A stretch of DNA of 64,000 bases, from IMG/VR virus record IMGVR_UViG_3300020182_000010, positions 1 through 64,000 of that record, one strand, 5' to 3'. The position numbers and the translations under genes are program-made. Position 1 is the first letter of the stretch, and each line of letters begins with the position of its first letter. The stretch is from a virus. Under the pieces are notes generated by a model. The model worked only from the letters and a program-made list of their open reading frames with translations, ran no database searches and had not been told where the DNA came from. Below, in pieces: positions 11,495 to 22,454 of this stretch.

Positions 11495-14400
11495 TTATAT
11501 CATTGAAACCACAATCCATGCGTGGGTGTCTGTCCCAAAACTTCTACCGGCACCAGTGTCTGCTTCTCGTAATACTAAGTTCATAGTAAGTGATCCTAGT
11601 GAACCAAATGCAATTGGTGACCCAGGCGTTCCACCTGCGTTTAGAGTACGAGTAGTCATATCTTTATTAAGTGGCATAATTATATACTGATTTGTAGTTC
11701 TAGAATATCCGTAAACAAGTACGTTTGACGGTGGGAATGAATACCCACTAAATGTTACAGCAACTTCACCTGAGTTTACATCAACGATATTTGCTGATAT
11801 TCCACTTGTTGAATTTGAAATGCTTGATAATGAACCATTTGTCGCATAATTTAGTTTGAAATATTCTACACTACTACCGCCGTCACCGCCGCCGCCGCTT
11901 GCTGGTGCTGCTGGTGCCCATTCGCTACTTGTAGCATTCCATGTAAGAACATCGCCATTTGTTGGAACAGTTGCATCAACATTGCCTAAATCACCGAGTG
12001 TTTCAGTTGATAAATCTACAGTTCCACCACTTGCTGGAACAAATTTACTACCATCCCATTCTAAGAATTGGCCTGTTTCTACACCAGTAATATCAACATT
12101 GTTCAGTTCGCCAATAGATGAACTTGATAGATTTGCTGCTGCTGGTGCAGTTGGCTGCCATTGCGTACCTGACCATGCGAGTAACTGTCCTAATGCAGGA
12201 GCACTAGAAGAAACATTGTTTAAATCACCTAAATTAGAGTCTATTGAAACAACAAGATTATTTACATTAATACCTGTTCCTCCGGTATAAACGTTATGAG
12301 CAAGAAGACTAGTACTATCCCCTAATTGAGAAATATCATTGGGAATCGTAGGCTTATCTGTTAAATCATTATATGATGTGACACCACCGCCGCCGCCTGT
12401 TACAGTTGAGAATGAGAAGTTACCTGAACCATCAGTTGTTAGAACTTGTCCTGATGTCCCATCGTTGATATCAAGATCAGTTAGTTCTAATCCGTTAATT
12501 GTATTACCAGTAAAATCAACTTTTCCACTAAATGTAGTTGTTTGTGAACCTGATAAATTTGTGAATGCAATGTGCGTTGCTTTATTACCAGTGCCATCGT
12601 CACTTTGAATTGCCATTGGTTGTGCAGCATTATCTGCACCCACCCAATAATTTGTTTTGATCTTACCACCGCCATTTGGACCAATAATTAGTGAGCCACC
12701 ACCGGATACATCATATGTAAAGCCAGCAGCCCCGCCTAAACTACCATTATCGTTATACTGAATTGAGCCATTGTCACCTTGTGGAGTAACTTCTGCACTT
12801 GCCATGTCGGCCGGTGCATATGTAAATACACCATCGCTTGAATTGAATGTCAGTGAACCGCCACCTGATTTAGTTACAGTGTTTACACTTACGGATGAAC
12901 GTGTTTCTGATGATATATCTGGTGGAATAAATGTGAATACACCTGTTTGTGCACTATATTGTAATGATCCAGATGCACTTCCTATTGCTTGATTTGAGAC
13001 ACTTAAATCAGATAGTGCGATCCCACCGCCACCGCCGCCGCCACCGCCTAGTAGTCCATCGGCATCTGTTAATTGATTCACATCAGCCGGTATAATTGGC
13101 TTATTTACTAGATCATCATACTCTCCTGAGAATGCAGGAGGATTTAACTGTAACCAAGCAGCAAAACCTAGACCAATATCATAGTTGATATAAAGACCTA
13201 GATTACTATCATCAAACCAAAGTTCGCCAGGAACTATATTTGTAGGTTCCGCGCTACCTATATAGACACCAGGTATATCTTTGTTTTCCCAATCACCACT
13301 TACATTATTATAAGTTAGAACCTGTCCTTCAGCAGTAGCCGATATAGAAACATCATCTAAATCATCAATTGTAGTTCTCGCTACTGCAGGTGTTAGTGTA
13401 AATGTACCAGTTACATTATTATATTCTAACTTTGTCAGATCGCCAGTTGCTGTTGCGTTTGATACACTTAGATCGGATAATGATATTCCAGAACCACCTG
13501 ATGATGTTGAATCAGATGCAGGCGCCCATGCATCGCCATTCCATTTTAGTACTTGGCCTGTGCTTGCTGCAGCCGAACTCACATTTGTCAAATCGCCCAA
13601 TAGAGATATGCCACCACCCAATAGACCACCTGTATCGGTTAAATCACTGATATCTGCTGGAGCATCAGTAATGCCATAACCTGCTAATGTAGTTGGTGTA
13701 TCAGTTAATTCATCCCAGGAACTTGCACCTCCATCAGTAATGCCATAACCTGCTAATGTAGTTGGTGTATCAGTTAATTCATCCCAGGAACTTGCGCCGC
13801 CATCAGTAATGCCATAACCTGCTAGTGTAGTTGGTGTGCCAGTTAATTCATCCCATGTACTTGCACCTGCTATACTTGATAAATCTATAGAATTACCACC
13901 AGATATTTGCAGATTTGAACCAACAAGTGTTAAACTTTGACTATCTGTACTCGCTGCTTGAATTATACCAGTACTATCTGTTAAGTCTGATATATCTGTC
14001 GGGATTGTTGGGGTATTAATTAAATTTGTATAATCTTTTATATCTTCATCGTTAAATAATAATGTAGTTCCAGAAGAACGTAAGGTGTTACCACTAGTTC
14101 CCATATAAATTGAATTATCGCTAATGTAAAGGTGACGAACCAATTTATCTGGACTACCAATATCAAACTGTGCTGTAGTTTTTGGAATTAAATTAAAGTC
14201 CCAATCCCCTGCATTATATGCTTCTGTAAATGTTGTAGTTGCACCACCACCCAGATCAGATAAATCTATTGAGTTTCCATTATCGATAGAAAGTGTAGTG
14301 CCATTTAATGTTAATTGCTGGTAATCTGGCGCTGCTGCCTGTGGATTTAACTCTATCCATATTGGAATGCCATCAAATTCGTAGTTAATGTTTAAACTTA

Positions 14401-17254
14401 GAGTTAATGCATCTAACCATAGTTCTCCAGGTTTAGGAGATGCTGGCGGACTATCTGTTATTGGTACTACCGATAATTCAGTTAAATCAACTGATTGTCC
14501 ATCTGAAACATCTAATAATCTTGTTGTATGATCGTATGTGAATGTTTGCGCAGCAGGAATATCAGATAATTTTGCTAATTTATTACCATTCCATACTAAA
14601 TCGCTATCGCCATCTGCTTCTAGTGTATTAGAACCTATATTAATTGTTGAATCATCAATAAAAATATCTGTCCAACGATTGGTTGCTGATCCCAAACTTT
14701 GTAATGCATCTGTTGCTGGAACAAAATTCCATCCCGCATCAAGTGTCAATGTGGATGTTTCGCTATTTGATGTTAGACCATCAATATTTGCATCACCGCC
14801 AATATTAACTAGATCAATAGTATTTCCACTTGAAATTGATAGTAGTGTGCCGTCCAATGCTAGAGATTGTGGCACACTCTCGCCACCACTGCCACCACTG
14901 CCGCCAGTTGGTGGCGAAGAAACCCATGCACTGCCATTGTATGTTAGCACATCACCAACATCACCATCTATTGTAAGATTATCTGCTAAAACAGCAGTGC
15001 CGTGAAATCTTTCACCATATATATCATTAAAGCGTAATTCTGCACTACCGATATCCCATTCGTTATCCACTGATGGTGCACTATGTCCATCTAATTTGAT
15101 ATAGTTATCAATGTCAGTAAATACTGGAACTGTGATACTATTGCCACCTGAGATGGTAATTTCATTGCCATCAATCGAAAGTGTCTGTGCATCTGCGCCA
15201 CCACTAAGACTTGATAAATCTACAGAATTACCGTTGGATATTAATAATTTGCCATCTATTACTGATAAATTTTGGTAGTCTGCGTCTAGTCTCGCTGCTA
15301 GTTTATCATCTACCCATTGTTCCGTAGCATATCCAGTTAAATCAGTTGCAGCATCTACAAGTGATACAAGATCAACTGAGTTACCATTACCTGATCCACT
15401 TGAAATTGATAGAATAGTTCCATCGAATGTAAGTTCTTGCCCATCACTATCGCCCAAAGCGTTGATAGTATTAACAACAAAATCTTGTGTTGCATATGAT
15501 GTCAAATCAACTGGATTAGATAGTGAAGCAAGATCAACAGTGTTACCTCCAGAAATAGTTAATTCAGTTCCATCTAAGGTTATCTGTTGTGCATCAACAT
15601 TTGCATACTCTGATAAATCTACAGAATTACCATTTGATATTGAAATTAAGTTATTTTCCAATGTTAACAATTGTGCATCTGTATTAAGTGCACCTAGCAT
15701 ATCATTTATATCAGTTAATTCTGATATATCTGCTGGAATTGTTGGTGTACCAGTTAATTCTTCCCATGTAGTAATACGATCTAATAAATTTAATGTGTCA
15801 TCTAAATCTTTTACATCAGTCGCAACTGTTGGTTTATCAGTTAGATCGTCATATGATCCACTAAATGGTTCTGGTATAATGGGCTTGTTTGTTAAGTCAT
15901 TATAATTGCCACTAAATGTTTCTGGTATAATGGGCTTGTTTGTTAAGTCATTATAATTGCCACTAAAGTTATTAGTCTCTAGTAGACCAGATTCATCAGT
16001 TAAATCAGAAATATCTGCAACTAGTGTTGGTTTATTTTGTAGTGTATTCCAGTCCGCATGCGGATGGTCAATGTTATCAATTGCTGTAGTTAAATCAGTT
16101 GTAGTAACATAATTTCCTAAATTTAGGCTTACACTATTACCGTCTGTAATAGTTAGAATATTTCCATCCCATGACAATTCTTGAAACGCTTTGGGACTAG
16201 CAACCCATGTTGCGCCATTGTGTGTTAGAACATCGCCAGACGCGCCACTGATTGATAGGTTTTCTGCAAGTACTGCTGTACCATGAAATGTTTCAGCATA
16301 GATATCACTGAATCGTAGGTCTGAACTACCAATATCCCAGTTATTATCTAAACTTGGCAATGAATGACCATCTGTTTTAATAAAGTTGTCTACGTCAACC
16401 GGTGATGGCAGTGTAACTGAATTGCCGCCGGAGATTGATAGGGTCTGTCCATTTATTACAAGAGATTGTGGAGTTGCATTAGATTCATTCTCTCCAGAAC
16501 TTGCTGGTGCTGCAGCTGGTGCTGCAACCCAGTTATTACCATTCCATGTTAGAACATCGCCATTGTTTGCCCCAACAACTGTTAAATTATCTGCAAGAAT
16601 TGCGGTTCCGTGAAATGTACTAGCGTATACATCATTATATTTGAAATCACTGCTACCTAAACTAAAAGTATTATCTACTGTAGGAATATTATTTGAATTA
16701 AGTCGCATATAGCGGGCATCACCATCTGCTTGACTTATTGCACCAATATTTGTTCTTGCCAGGGATTTATTTGGAAGGTCTGATAAGTTATTTGAATTTT
16801 CTAAAAACTGCGTAGTATCAATATTTGTAGATAATGTTATTGTGTCACCATCATCTGAAACAATTATTCCGTTTCCGCCTGCTACACTTTTAAAACTAAA
16901 TGTACCAGCATTATCAACTCCGGACAACAATGCACTGCCTGTTCCAAGATTGGTGCCACTTTGTAATGTAGTTGATAAATCTGCTGATATTACCAATCCA
17001 TTGCCACTATCAGTTATTGTTACATTAGTGCCTGCTGTTATCGTTTGTAATACAATAGAAGAACCTGTAACTGAACCTAGTTGATTTCCTGCACCAATAT
17101 GTGTTACAGAATCTATTCCACCGCCTCCGCCGGAACCTGCGCCGGCAGCATTAACAAATGCACCTTCTGAAGTGTCATATACAAGAACTTGGTCATCCTG
17201 TAAATTACCAACTAATTTAAATGTTGGATTAAAAGGTGTTGCGTTTATACTCAT
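11495..17254 (-). CDS. Long tail fibre-like protein
   Basis: 1919 aa; repeated QxLxLDGTxLSISxGNSVDL, FSGxYxDLTNKP, WDIGSxxLRFxDIY and DLxNV...GQVLxW units. Confidence 0.75.
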   Translation of the reverse strand: MSINATPFNPTFKLVGNLQDDQVLVYDTSEGAFVNAAGAGSGGGGGIDSVTHIGAGNQLGSVTGSSIVLQTITAGTNVTITDSGNGLVISADLSTTLQSGTNLGTGSALLSGVDNAGTFSFKSVAGGNGIIVSDDGDTITLSTNIDTTQFLENSNNLSDLPNKSLARTNIGAISQADGDARYMRLNSNNIPTVDNTFSLGSSDFKYNDVYASTFHGTAILADNLTVVGANNGDVLTWNGNNWVAAPAAAPASSGENESNATPQSLVINGQTLSISGGNSVTLPSPVDVDNFIKTDGHSLPSLDNNWDIGSSDLRFSDIYAETFHGTAVLAENLSISGASGDVLTHNGATWVASPKAFQELSWDGNILTITDGNSVSLNLGNYVTTTDLTTAIDNIDHPHADWNTLQNKPTLVADISDLTDESGLLETNNFSGNYNDLTNKPIIPETFSGNYNDLTNKPIIPEPFSGSYDDLTDKPTVATDVKDLDDTLNLLDRITTWEELTGTPTIPADISELTDINDMLGALNTDAQLLTLENNLISISNGNSVDLSEYANVDAQQITLDGTELTISGGNTVDLASLSNPVDLTSYATQDFVVNTINALGDSDGQELTFDGTILSISSGSGNGNSVDLVSLVDAATDLTGYATEQWVDDKLAARLDADYQNLSVIDGKLLISNGNSVDLSSLSGGADAQTLSIDGNEITISGGNSITVPVFTDIDNYIKLDGHSAPSVDNEWDIGSAELRFNDIYGERFHGTAVLADNLTIDGDVGDVLTYNGSAWVSSPPTGGSGGSGGESVPQSLALDGTLLSISSGNTIDLVNIGGDANIDGLTSNSETSTLTLDAGWNFVPATDALQSLGSATNRWTDIFIDDSTINIGSNTLEADGDSDLVWNGNKLAKLSDIPAAQTFTYDHTTRLLDVSDGQSVDLTELSVVPITDSPPASPKPGELWLDALTLSLNINYEFDGIPIWIELNPQAAAPDYQQLTLNGTTLSIDNGNSIDLSDLGGGATTTFTEAYNAGDWDFNLIPKTTAQFDIGSPDKLVRHLYISDNSIYMGTSGNTLRSSGTTLLFNDEDIKDYTNLINTPTIPTDISDLTDSTGIIQAASTDSQSLTLVGSNLQISGGNSIDLSSIAGASTWDELTGTPTTLAGYGITDGGASSWDELTDTPTTLAGYGITDGGASSWDELTDTPTTLAGYGITDAPADISDLTDTGGLLGGGISLLGDLTNVSSAAASTGQVLKWNGDAWAPASDSTSSGGSGISLSDLSVSNATATGDLTKLEYNNVTGTFTLTPAVARTTIDDLDDVSISATAEGQVLTYNNVSGDWENKDIPGVYIGSAEPTNIVPGELWFDDSNLGLYINYDIGLGFAAWLQLNPPAFSGEYDDLVNKPIIPADVNQLTDADGLLGGGGGGGGGIALSDLSVSNQAIGSASGSLQYSAQTGVFTFIPPDISSETRSSVSVNTVTKSGGGSLTFNSSDGVFTYAPADMASAEVTPQGDNGSIQYNDNGSLGGAAGFTYDVSGGGSLIIGPNGGGKIKTNYWVGADNAAQPMAIQSDDGTGNKATHIAFTNLSGSQTTTFSGKVDFTGNTINGLELTDLDINDGTSGQVLTTDGSGNFSFSTVTGGGGGVTSYNDLTDKPTIPNDISQLGDSTSLLAHNVYTGGTGINVNNLVVSIDSNLGDLNNVSSSAPALGQLLAWSGTQWQPTAPAAANLSSSSIGELNNVDITGVETGQFLEWDGSKFVPASGGTVDLSTETLGDLGNVDATVPTNGDVLTWNATSSEWAPAAPASGGGGDGGSSVEYFKLNYATNGSLSSISNSTSGISANIVDVNSGEVAVTFSGYSFPPSNVLVYGYSRTTNQYIIMPLNKDMTTRTLNAGGTPGSPIAFGSLGSLTMNLVLREADTGAGRSFGTDTHAWIVVSMI
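13663..13869. repeat. 3 x 69 bp intragenic tandem repeat
   Basis: Units start at 13663, 13732, 13801; encode (ASSWDELTDTPTTLAGYGITDGG)n. Confidence 0.9.
15870..15967. repeat. 2 x 51 bp intragenic tandem repeat
   Basis: Encodes FSGNYNDLTNKPIIPE twice, with a degenerate third copy. Confidence 0.85.
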
Positions 17255-17265
17255 TTCTATGCCCC

Positions 17266-17634
17266 TTAATAATTCAGATATATCTTGTCAATATATCCAA
17301 CTGTATTGATATCAGATTGTCCCAGTGATGTTCTATCTAATGTAGCTCTTAAATATACTAAATTTGCAGTAAATGTATATCCTTCGACACCTGTAAATTT
17401 ATTGTAATCTTTAAATGGCATACCGTTAATTAATATACTAAACCAATCATCTTCTGTTGGATTTGTTGCAAGTGTACCTTGAATGCGAACTCTTCCAATT
17501 AATCCTTGGCCATAGATAGCAACAGTGTGTAGTCCATCAGTATAGCCATAGTAACTGTCACCAGGCACTGCGTTACCCACAACATCAAGGTTTGTTCCTG
17601 AATTTTCTAGAAGAGTTATTGTTTTACGTGCCAT
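17266..17634 (-). CDS. Phage hypothetical protein (probably virion)
   Basis: 122 aa, AAGGA RBS, in the structural operon. Confidence 0.7.
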   Translation of the reverse strand: MARKTITLLENSGTNLDVVGNAVPGDSYYGYTDGLHTVAIYGQGLIGRVRIQGTLATNPTEDDWFSILINGMPFKDYNKFTGVEGYTFTANLVYLRATLDRTSLGQSDINTVGYIDKIYLNY

Positions 17635-17643
17635 TATTAATCC

Positions 17644-17814
17644 TTAGTCTGTTTGGGTCTCTACTTCTACTACTGCAGCGCCGCTAATAAGTTCAGCAAC
17701 AACTTGTTCAATAGTTAGTGAGACTTCTTCATTAATAAGATTTGATTTTTCTTCACCGCTTTTAGAAATCTGTGATATTCTGATTACTATAATTTCCTCT
17801 TTAATACTCGCCAT
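17644..17814 (-). CDS. Small hypothetical protein (56 aa)
   Basis: Own translation MASIKEEIIVIRISQISK...; AAGGA RBS and late promoter upstream. Confidence 0.7.
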   Translation of the reverse strand: MASIKEEIIVIRISQISKSGEEKSNLINEEVSLTIEQVVAELISGAAVVEVETQTD

Positions 17815-17856
17815 TTTATATCCTTTTAGTTTATATCAATGATATTTATCTATAAA

Positions 17857-18567
17857 CTATTTATCTGATTGGTGGATTTCATGTCTTAGTATTGCTTTTG
17901 TTATTTTAGTAATATTTTCACTTGCAACAAATGCCATAAGTTGCATATCAATATGCTCATTGCAATATATCGTATATGAATTATATGTGCTATGTCTATA
18001 TCTATAATTATAACGTGAGTTATTGGGAGTTATAATTATATTGTCCTTGGCGAATCTACGTAAATTAATATTTAAGAAATAATTGTCATTATTAGAATAA
18101 GATTCTACTAATAATGGTCCCAAATTTGTATGTAAATTATGATTATATTTCAGCATTATTTTATATCTGAATTTTTTATAATATAAATTATTCTTTATCT
18201 CAATATCATCCTCTTGCGCATCTAATGTTTCTAATAGATTATCTATAAACGGAATATGAATTTCTTGTTGTAATTCCCGATATCTTGTTGTTGCAAGTTC
18301 AAATACATCCTTATCTTCAAAATAAACATGTGTCATTGCACTATTTGTAAATTTAATACCTGGTTTACTTTTAAGAAATCTTATACAGTTTGATCTACTA
18401 TTAATATCCTCAGATGTTTCCGGATAATCGAACCACCATCCATAACCGGTTCCATTCTTATATGATTCAATAACTTCCTTAGAAGGAAAACCATACAGAC
18501 GTTTATATGATATTTTATAAGGATATTTCTTGTAAAATAGTTTAGTGGATTCGACATACTTAACCAT
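17857..18567 (-). CDS. Hypothetical protein
   Basis: 236 aa; two LF/YYKKY/FxYKI repeats; overlaps clpA stop. Confidence 0.7.
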   Translation of the reverse strand: MVKYVESTKLFYKKYPYKISYKRLYGFPSKEVIESYKNGTGYGWWFDYPETSEDINSRSNCIRFLKSKPGIKFTNSAMTHVYFEDKDVFELATTRYRELQQEIHIPFIDNLLETLDAQEDDIEIKNNLYYKKFRYKIMLKYNHNLHTNLGPLLVESYSNNDNYFLNINLRRFAKDNIIITPNNSRYNYRYRHSTYNSYTIYCNEHIDMQLMAFVASENITKITKAILRHEIHQSDK

Positions 18568-20806
18568 ATGAAAATACTAACTCATCATCTATGACTTTAA
18601 TAACTACTTTTCCACCATTCATTAGATTTCCAAATAAAACTTCTTTTGATAAAGGTTTCTTAATATGATCATTAATAACACGCTGTAAAGGTCTTGCTCC
18701 CATATCAGGTATGTACCCACGTTCACGCATCCATGCTTTTGCTCCAAGTGTTAATTCAATTACCACACCTTTTTCGGACAACATATCATTTAATTCATTA
18801 ATTGATTTATCAACAATCATATCAATATGTTCACGTTGTAGAGCAACAAATTCAACCATTGCATCTAGTCTATTTCTAAATTCAGGTGAAAAGAATTTTT
18901 TCACAGCCTGCATGCTTGCATCATTATTGTCATTATTAAATCCAATTGCCAACTTAGACTTTTGTGCAGCACCAAGATTACTAGTCATAATAAGAATAGC
19001 ATTACTAAAATCTGCCACTTTTCCAGTTGAACTTGTTAATCTACCATCATCCATAACTTGTAATAGCAAATTCATAACACTCGGATGTGCTTTTTCAACT
19101 TCATCTAATAAAATAATACAGTTTGGAGTTTCTTCTACATCATTAATAAGTTTGCCACTACCTGCGCCACCTTCAGCATGTCCCACATAACCTGGAGGTG
19201 CACCGATTAATTTAGATACACTATGCTGTTCCATATATTCACTCATATCATACTTACGAAGCGTTACATCTAAGTTGCTTGCAAGTTGGCGACATAGTTC
19301 TGTCTTCCCTGTCCCTGTTGGTCCAACAAATAAGAAACTGCCAATAGGTTTGTTGGTAGGACGCATACCTGACTTTGCAACTAAAATAGATTCTACTAAG
19401 GTACCAACTGCTTTATTTTGACCAAATAGTTTCTGCTTTATATTATGTTCTAAATTAGCATAATTGTTATTTTCTTTTGCATCTATCATATCCAATGGAA
19501 TACGAGTAATTTTTGATACTGCCTGTTCTACTGCCCCTCTGTCAATTTTATTAGTTTTATTATGTAACTTATTTCTAGCACCTGCGACATCAATAATATC
19601 GATAGCACGATCAGGATTATATTTACCATGCATATATCGTTCTGCTAAGTCAACTGCATAATCTAGTGCATCATCATCATATTCATTGCCATGAAATTCT
19701 TCATAATATTTTTTAAGACCCTTAACAATTAACTTGGTATTTTCTTTACTTGGTTGTTCTACTACAACTTTTTGGAATCTACGTTGTAACGCTCTATCCT
19801 TTTCAAAATTTTCTCTATATTCTTCACTAGTAGTGGCACCCATACAAAGTAGTTTGCCACCTGCTAATAATGGTTTTAACAAATTTGCAATATCAATATT
19901 TGAACCACCTGCAGAACCTGCTCCCATAATCATATGAATTTCATCAATGAATAGGATTACATTATCTTTTTCAGATAATTGTTCAAAAACTATTTTAGCA
20001 CGTTCTTCAAATTCTCCGCGATACTTTGTACCCGCAACCATTGCTGTTACATCCAATGAATAGACAATTTTATCTTTAAGCATATCAGGACAGTCATTAT
20101 TGACAATGTTTCTTGCCAGACCTTCAGCAATAGCAGTTTTACCAACACCTGGTTCACCTACAATTATAACATTGTTCTTTTTTCGTCTTGCTAATACTTC
20201 AGTTATTTCAAGAATTTCTTCTGTTCTGCCAATTACCGGATCAATCTTTCCTTCTGCCGCACTTTTATTTAAGTTATCACAAAAGTCTTCAAATTTTATT
20301 TGTCCTTGACTTTCTGGTCCACCCGACATTCCACGTTGTGCACTACGATGTATTGTATTTGTGAATGCATCATAAAAGTCCTTTTCAATAATACTAACTA
20401 CCTTGTCTCTACTTGCACCATGTTTCTTTAAAATATAAGAAGCATGCGAAGATGTTTCACTTAATAGAGATACTATAAGATCCTTAGGAAACATTTGCTT
20501 TCGTCCAGTGAAAATAACCTGTGTTACTGCACGATTAAAAACACGGTCAAGTGCTAAAGTTTGTCTAGGTCCCATATCATCTAGTTTTTCAACAGTAATA
20601 TCATCACGTTGTGCTAGGTTCTCTTCTAGGTCTCGAATGATATTACTATGACTGCAACTCATTTTACTCAATAATTCTAACACATCATTTTCATCCATTA
20701 GAACATACAATAAATGTTCTAAAGTTACATATTCATGTGAGAGTGACGCAGCCTTAATTATTGACTGGTCTAATGCCCAATTAACTCGATTATTATTCTT
20801 GTTCAT
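18560..20806 (-). CDS. clpA: ATP-dependent Clp protease ATP-binding subunit ClpA
   Basis: Clp N-domain (HEYVTLEHLL), Walker A GEPGVGKT and GPTGTGKT, IDEIH and LDEVEKAH, IGF loop. Confidence 0.95.
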   Translation of the reverse strand: MNKNNNRVNWALDQSIIKAASLSHEYVTLEHLLYVLMDENDVLELLSKMSCSHSNIIRDLEENLAQRDDITVEKLDDMGPRQTLALDRVFNRAVTQVIFTGRKQMFPKDLIVSLLSETSSHASYILKKHGASRDKVVSIIEKDFYDAFTNTIHRSAQRGMSGGPESQGQIKFEDFCDNLNKSAAEGKIDPVIGRTEEILEITEVLARRKKNNVIIVGEPGVGKTAIAEGLARNIVNNDCPDMLKDKIVYSLDVTAMVAGTKYRGEFEERAKIVFEQLSEKDNVILFIDEIHMIMGAGSAGGSNIDIANLLKPLLAGGKLLCMGATTSEEYRENFEKDRALQRRFQKVVVEQPSKENTKLIVKGLKKYYEEFHGNEYDDDALDYAVDLAERYMHGKYNPDRAIDIIDVAGARNKLHNKTNKIDRGAVEQAVSKITRIPLDMIDAKENNNYANLEHNIKQKLFGQNKAVGTLVESILVAKSGMRPTNKPIGSFLFVGPTGTGKTELCRQLASNLDVTLRKYDMSEYMEQHSVSKLIGAPPGYVGHAEGGAGSGKLINDVEETPNCIILLDEVEKAHPSVMNLLLQVMDDGRLTSSTGKVADFSNAILIMTSNLGAAQKSKLAIGFNNDNNDASMQAVKKFFSPEFRNRLDAMVEFVALQREHIDMIVDKSINELNDMLSEKGVVIELTLGAKAWMRERGYIPDMGARPLQRVINDHIKKPLSKEVLFGNLMNGGKVVIKVIDDELVFSYG

Positions 20807-21176
20807 TATATTCCTTAAATTTAATTCTCAGTATAGTATTTGGTAATATTTCTTTAATAATTACAGTGTCATTAAATTGTGTATTATCTGGGACAAATAC
20901 ATCAAATGTTATAATATCATCATATATAAATGATGATGTTTCCCCTTGACAATATTTTAACTCCAATGCATTTAATTTAACTGTCATATTTACGGTTAGC
21001 GATCTGTTCTCTACATATTTATTTTTTACCTTTATATACGCAAGACGAACTATATCAAACTCTTCTACTGACCCACCATGGTCTGGGTGTGCCTTGAGTA
21101 AGCATTTTCTATATGCTTGACGTATTGCTTTTTCACTAGAGTATTTATTGATTCCTAAAAGTTCATATGGTGTCAT
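20793..21176 (-). CDS. DnaJ (J-domain) protein
   Basis: PYELLG...IRQAYRK...HPDHGG. Confidence 0.85.
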   Translation of the reverse strand: MTPYELLGINKYSSEKAIRQAYRKCLLKAHPDHGGSVEEFDIVRLAYIKVKNKYVENRSLTVNMTVKLNALELKYCQGETSSFIYDDIITFDVFVPDNTQFNDTVIIKEILPNTILRIKFKEYNEQE

Positions 21177-21589
21177 TGATTTTCAGGAAAAACATTTGAA
21201 ATATCTGTTTCATCGCCATTTGAATAATAATCCTCATATGCAACGATGATTGCATTTTGTTCACTAAGTTTTTTAAGAATTTTTGCCATGTCTAATGCAA
21301 GTGCTTCATATCCAGAATTGTTTAATGCATATACGACAACAGGTTTTCCACTTGCTTTGATTTTATCAAATTCTTCTTCCGAATTTTCTGGAGTAATAAT
21401 TATCCAATCGATCTTCGAAAGTGTTAGTGCATCAGATTCTGGTAAGATTAGATTTGGCCTGGTAATAGGTTGTGAACTATATTCTAATTCTCTTGGTGTT
21501 CTACTACAAGCACTAAGGCTTATAGTTAGGGTTAGCAATATCAGAACACTCATTGTTGATTTGTGAAGGTTTTGTAGCATTGATTTCAT
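21173..21589 (-). CDS. Putative o-spanin (Rz1-like lipoprotein)
   Basis: Lipobox LSAC after a hydrophobic stretch; overlaps the 3' end of the i-spanin-like gene; true start may be 21553. Confidence 0.65.
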   Translation of the reverse strand: MKSMLQNLHKSTMSVLILLTLTISLSACSRTPRELEYSSQPITRPNLILPESDALTLSKIDWIIITPENSEEEFDKIKASGKPVVVYALNNSGYEALALDMAKILKKLSEQNAIIVAYEDYYSNGDETDISNVFPENQ

Positions 21590-21977
21590 CCTCTGTTAGT
21601 GGTGATCCACCTACTATCTCTAAACATCTTAACATATTATCACTTGCTTTGTCAATTATTTTTTGAACATCTTTTGGTCTACTTGCTGCTAGAAAATCCA
21701 ATTCGTGCTTTGCTAATTTGTTTTCTAAATTACGTACACGTTTGTCTGCGGCTTTGAATTTTGAATTCGCACGATCAAATTCTATTCTAACACGCTTTAA
21801 ATCTTCCTGCGTTTTATCCAATGCTGCCTGTGTTGCTTTTTGTGCCATTTCAGATTTAGCAGCATTCTCTGCATATATTCTTATTTGATTTTGTGTATAA
21901 GTGTAGTATTGCCATAGTGCAAAGCCTGCTGCTGTAATTACAGCCACAATAATTAGATATTTTTTTATCTTGAACAT
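21513..21977 (-). CDS. Putative i-spanin (Rz-like)
   Basis: N-terminal TM helix, coiled coil, C-terminal cysteines. Confidence 0.65.
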   Translation of the reverse strand: MFKIKKYLIIVAVITAAGFALWQYYTYTQNQIRIYAENAAKSEMAQKATQAALDKTQEDLKRVRIEFDRANSKFKAADKRVRNLENKLAKHELDFLAASRPKDVQKIIDKASDNMLRCLEIVGGSPLTEDEINATKPSQINNECSDIANPNYKP

Positions 21978-21980
21978 TAT

Positions 21981-22454
21981 TTATTCCTTGATATTAAACT
22001 CTAAATTTTCATGATCCGGATAACTTACAATTACTGGTCCTTCTGGACAATTATAATTAATACGTGCCAATAATGTTGCAGTGCCTGGGCTGATCATACT
22101 TCTATGATCACCATCAATAGTAAATGTGAATCCAAACTTATCAATCTTATCGCTGGCTGGTCCTGAGAATGTGGTCATACCTGGTGTTGCACCATGGACC
22201 ATAAACTTGTTATCTTTGATTTCAAGTGTAAATCCTTCAACACTACAATCGTCTCTGTGTTTTTCTCTTGCTACAATCACATCAAAGATTCCATCTACCG
22301 GCCCATCACTAATTTCAAAATATTCTGGTGCCCAGGTTAAAATATCTTTGTTTTCTAGTTTATCCCATAAAGTATATCCACCACCTAACATTGCCAGCGA
22401 TGCTGTTACTGCACCTATACCTTTGGTTATATTTTCTATATCAAAAATAATCAT
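21981..22454 (-). CDS. Hypothetical membrane-anchored protein
   Basis: 157 aa, N-terminal hydrophobic helix. Confidence 0.65.
   Translation of the reverse strand: MIIFDIENITKGIGAVTASLAMLGGGYTLWDKLENKDILTWAPEYFEISDGPVDGIFDVIVAREKHRDDCSVEGFTLEIKDNKFMVHGATPGMTTFSGPASDKIDKFGFTFTIDGDHRSMISPGTATLLARINYNCPEGPVIVSYPDHENLEFNIKE

Noticed and set aside
13663-13869. CRISPR array
   Set aside because: Contiguous in-frame coding repeats with no unique spacers; no cas genes. The promoter repeats at 37-41 kb are separated by whole genes.
212-17084. Many 60-220 aa plus-strand ORFs (also throughout 18.7-63.8 kb)
   Set aside because: Antisense shadows of long minus-strand genes; no recognisable motifs or RBS.
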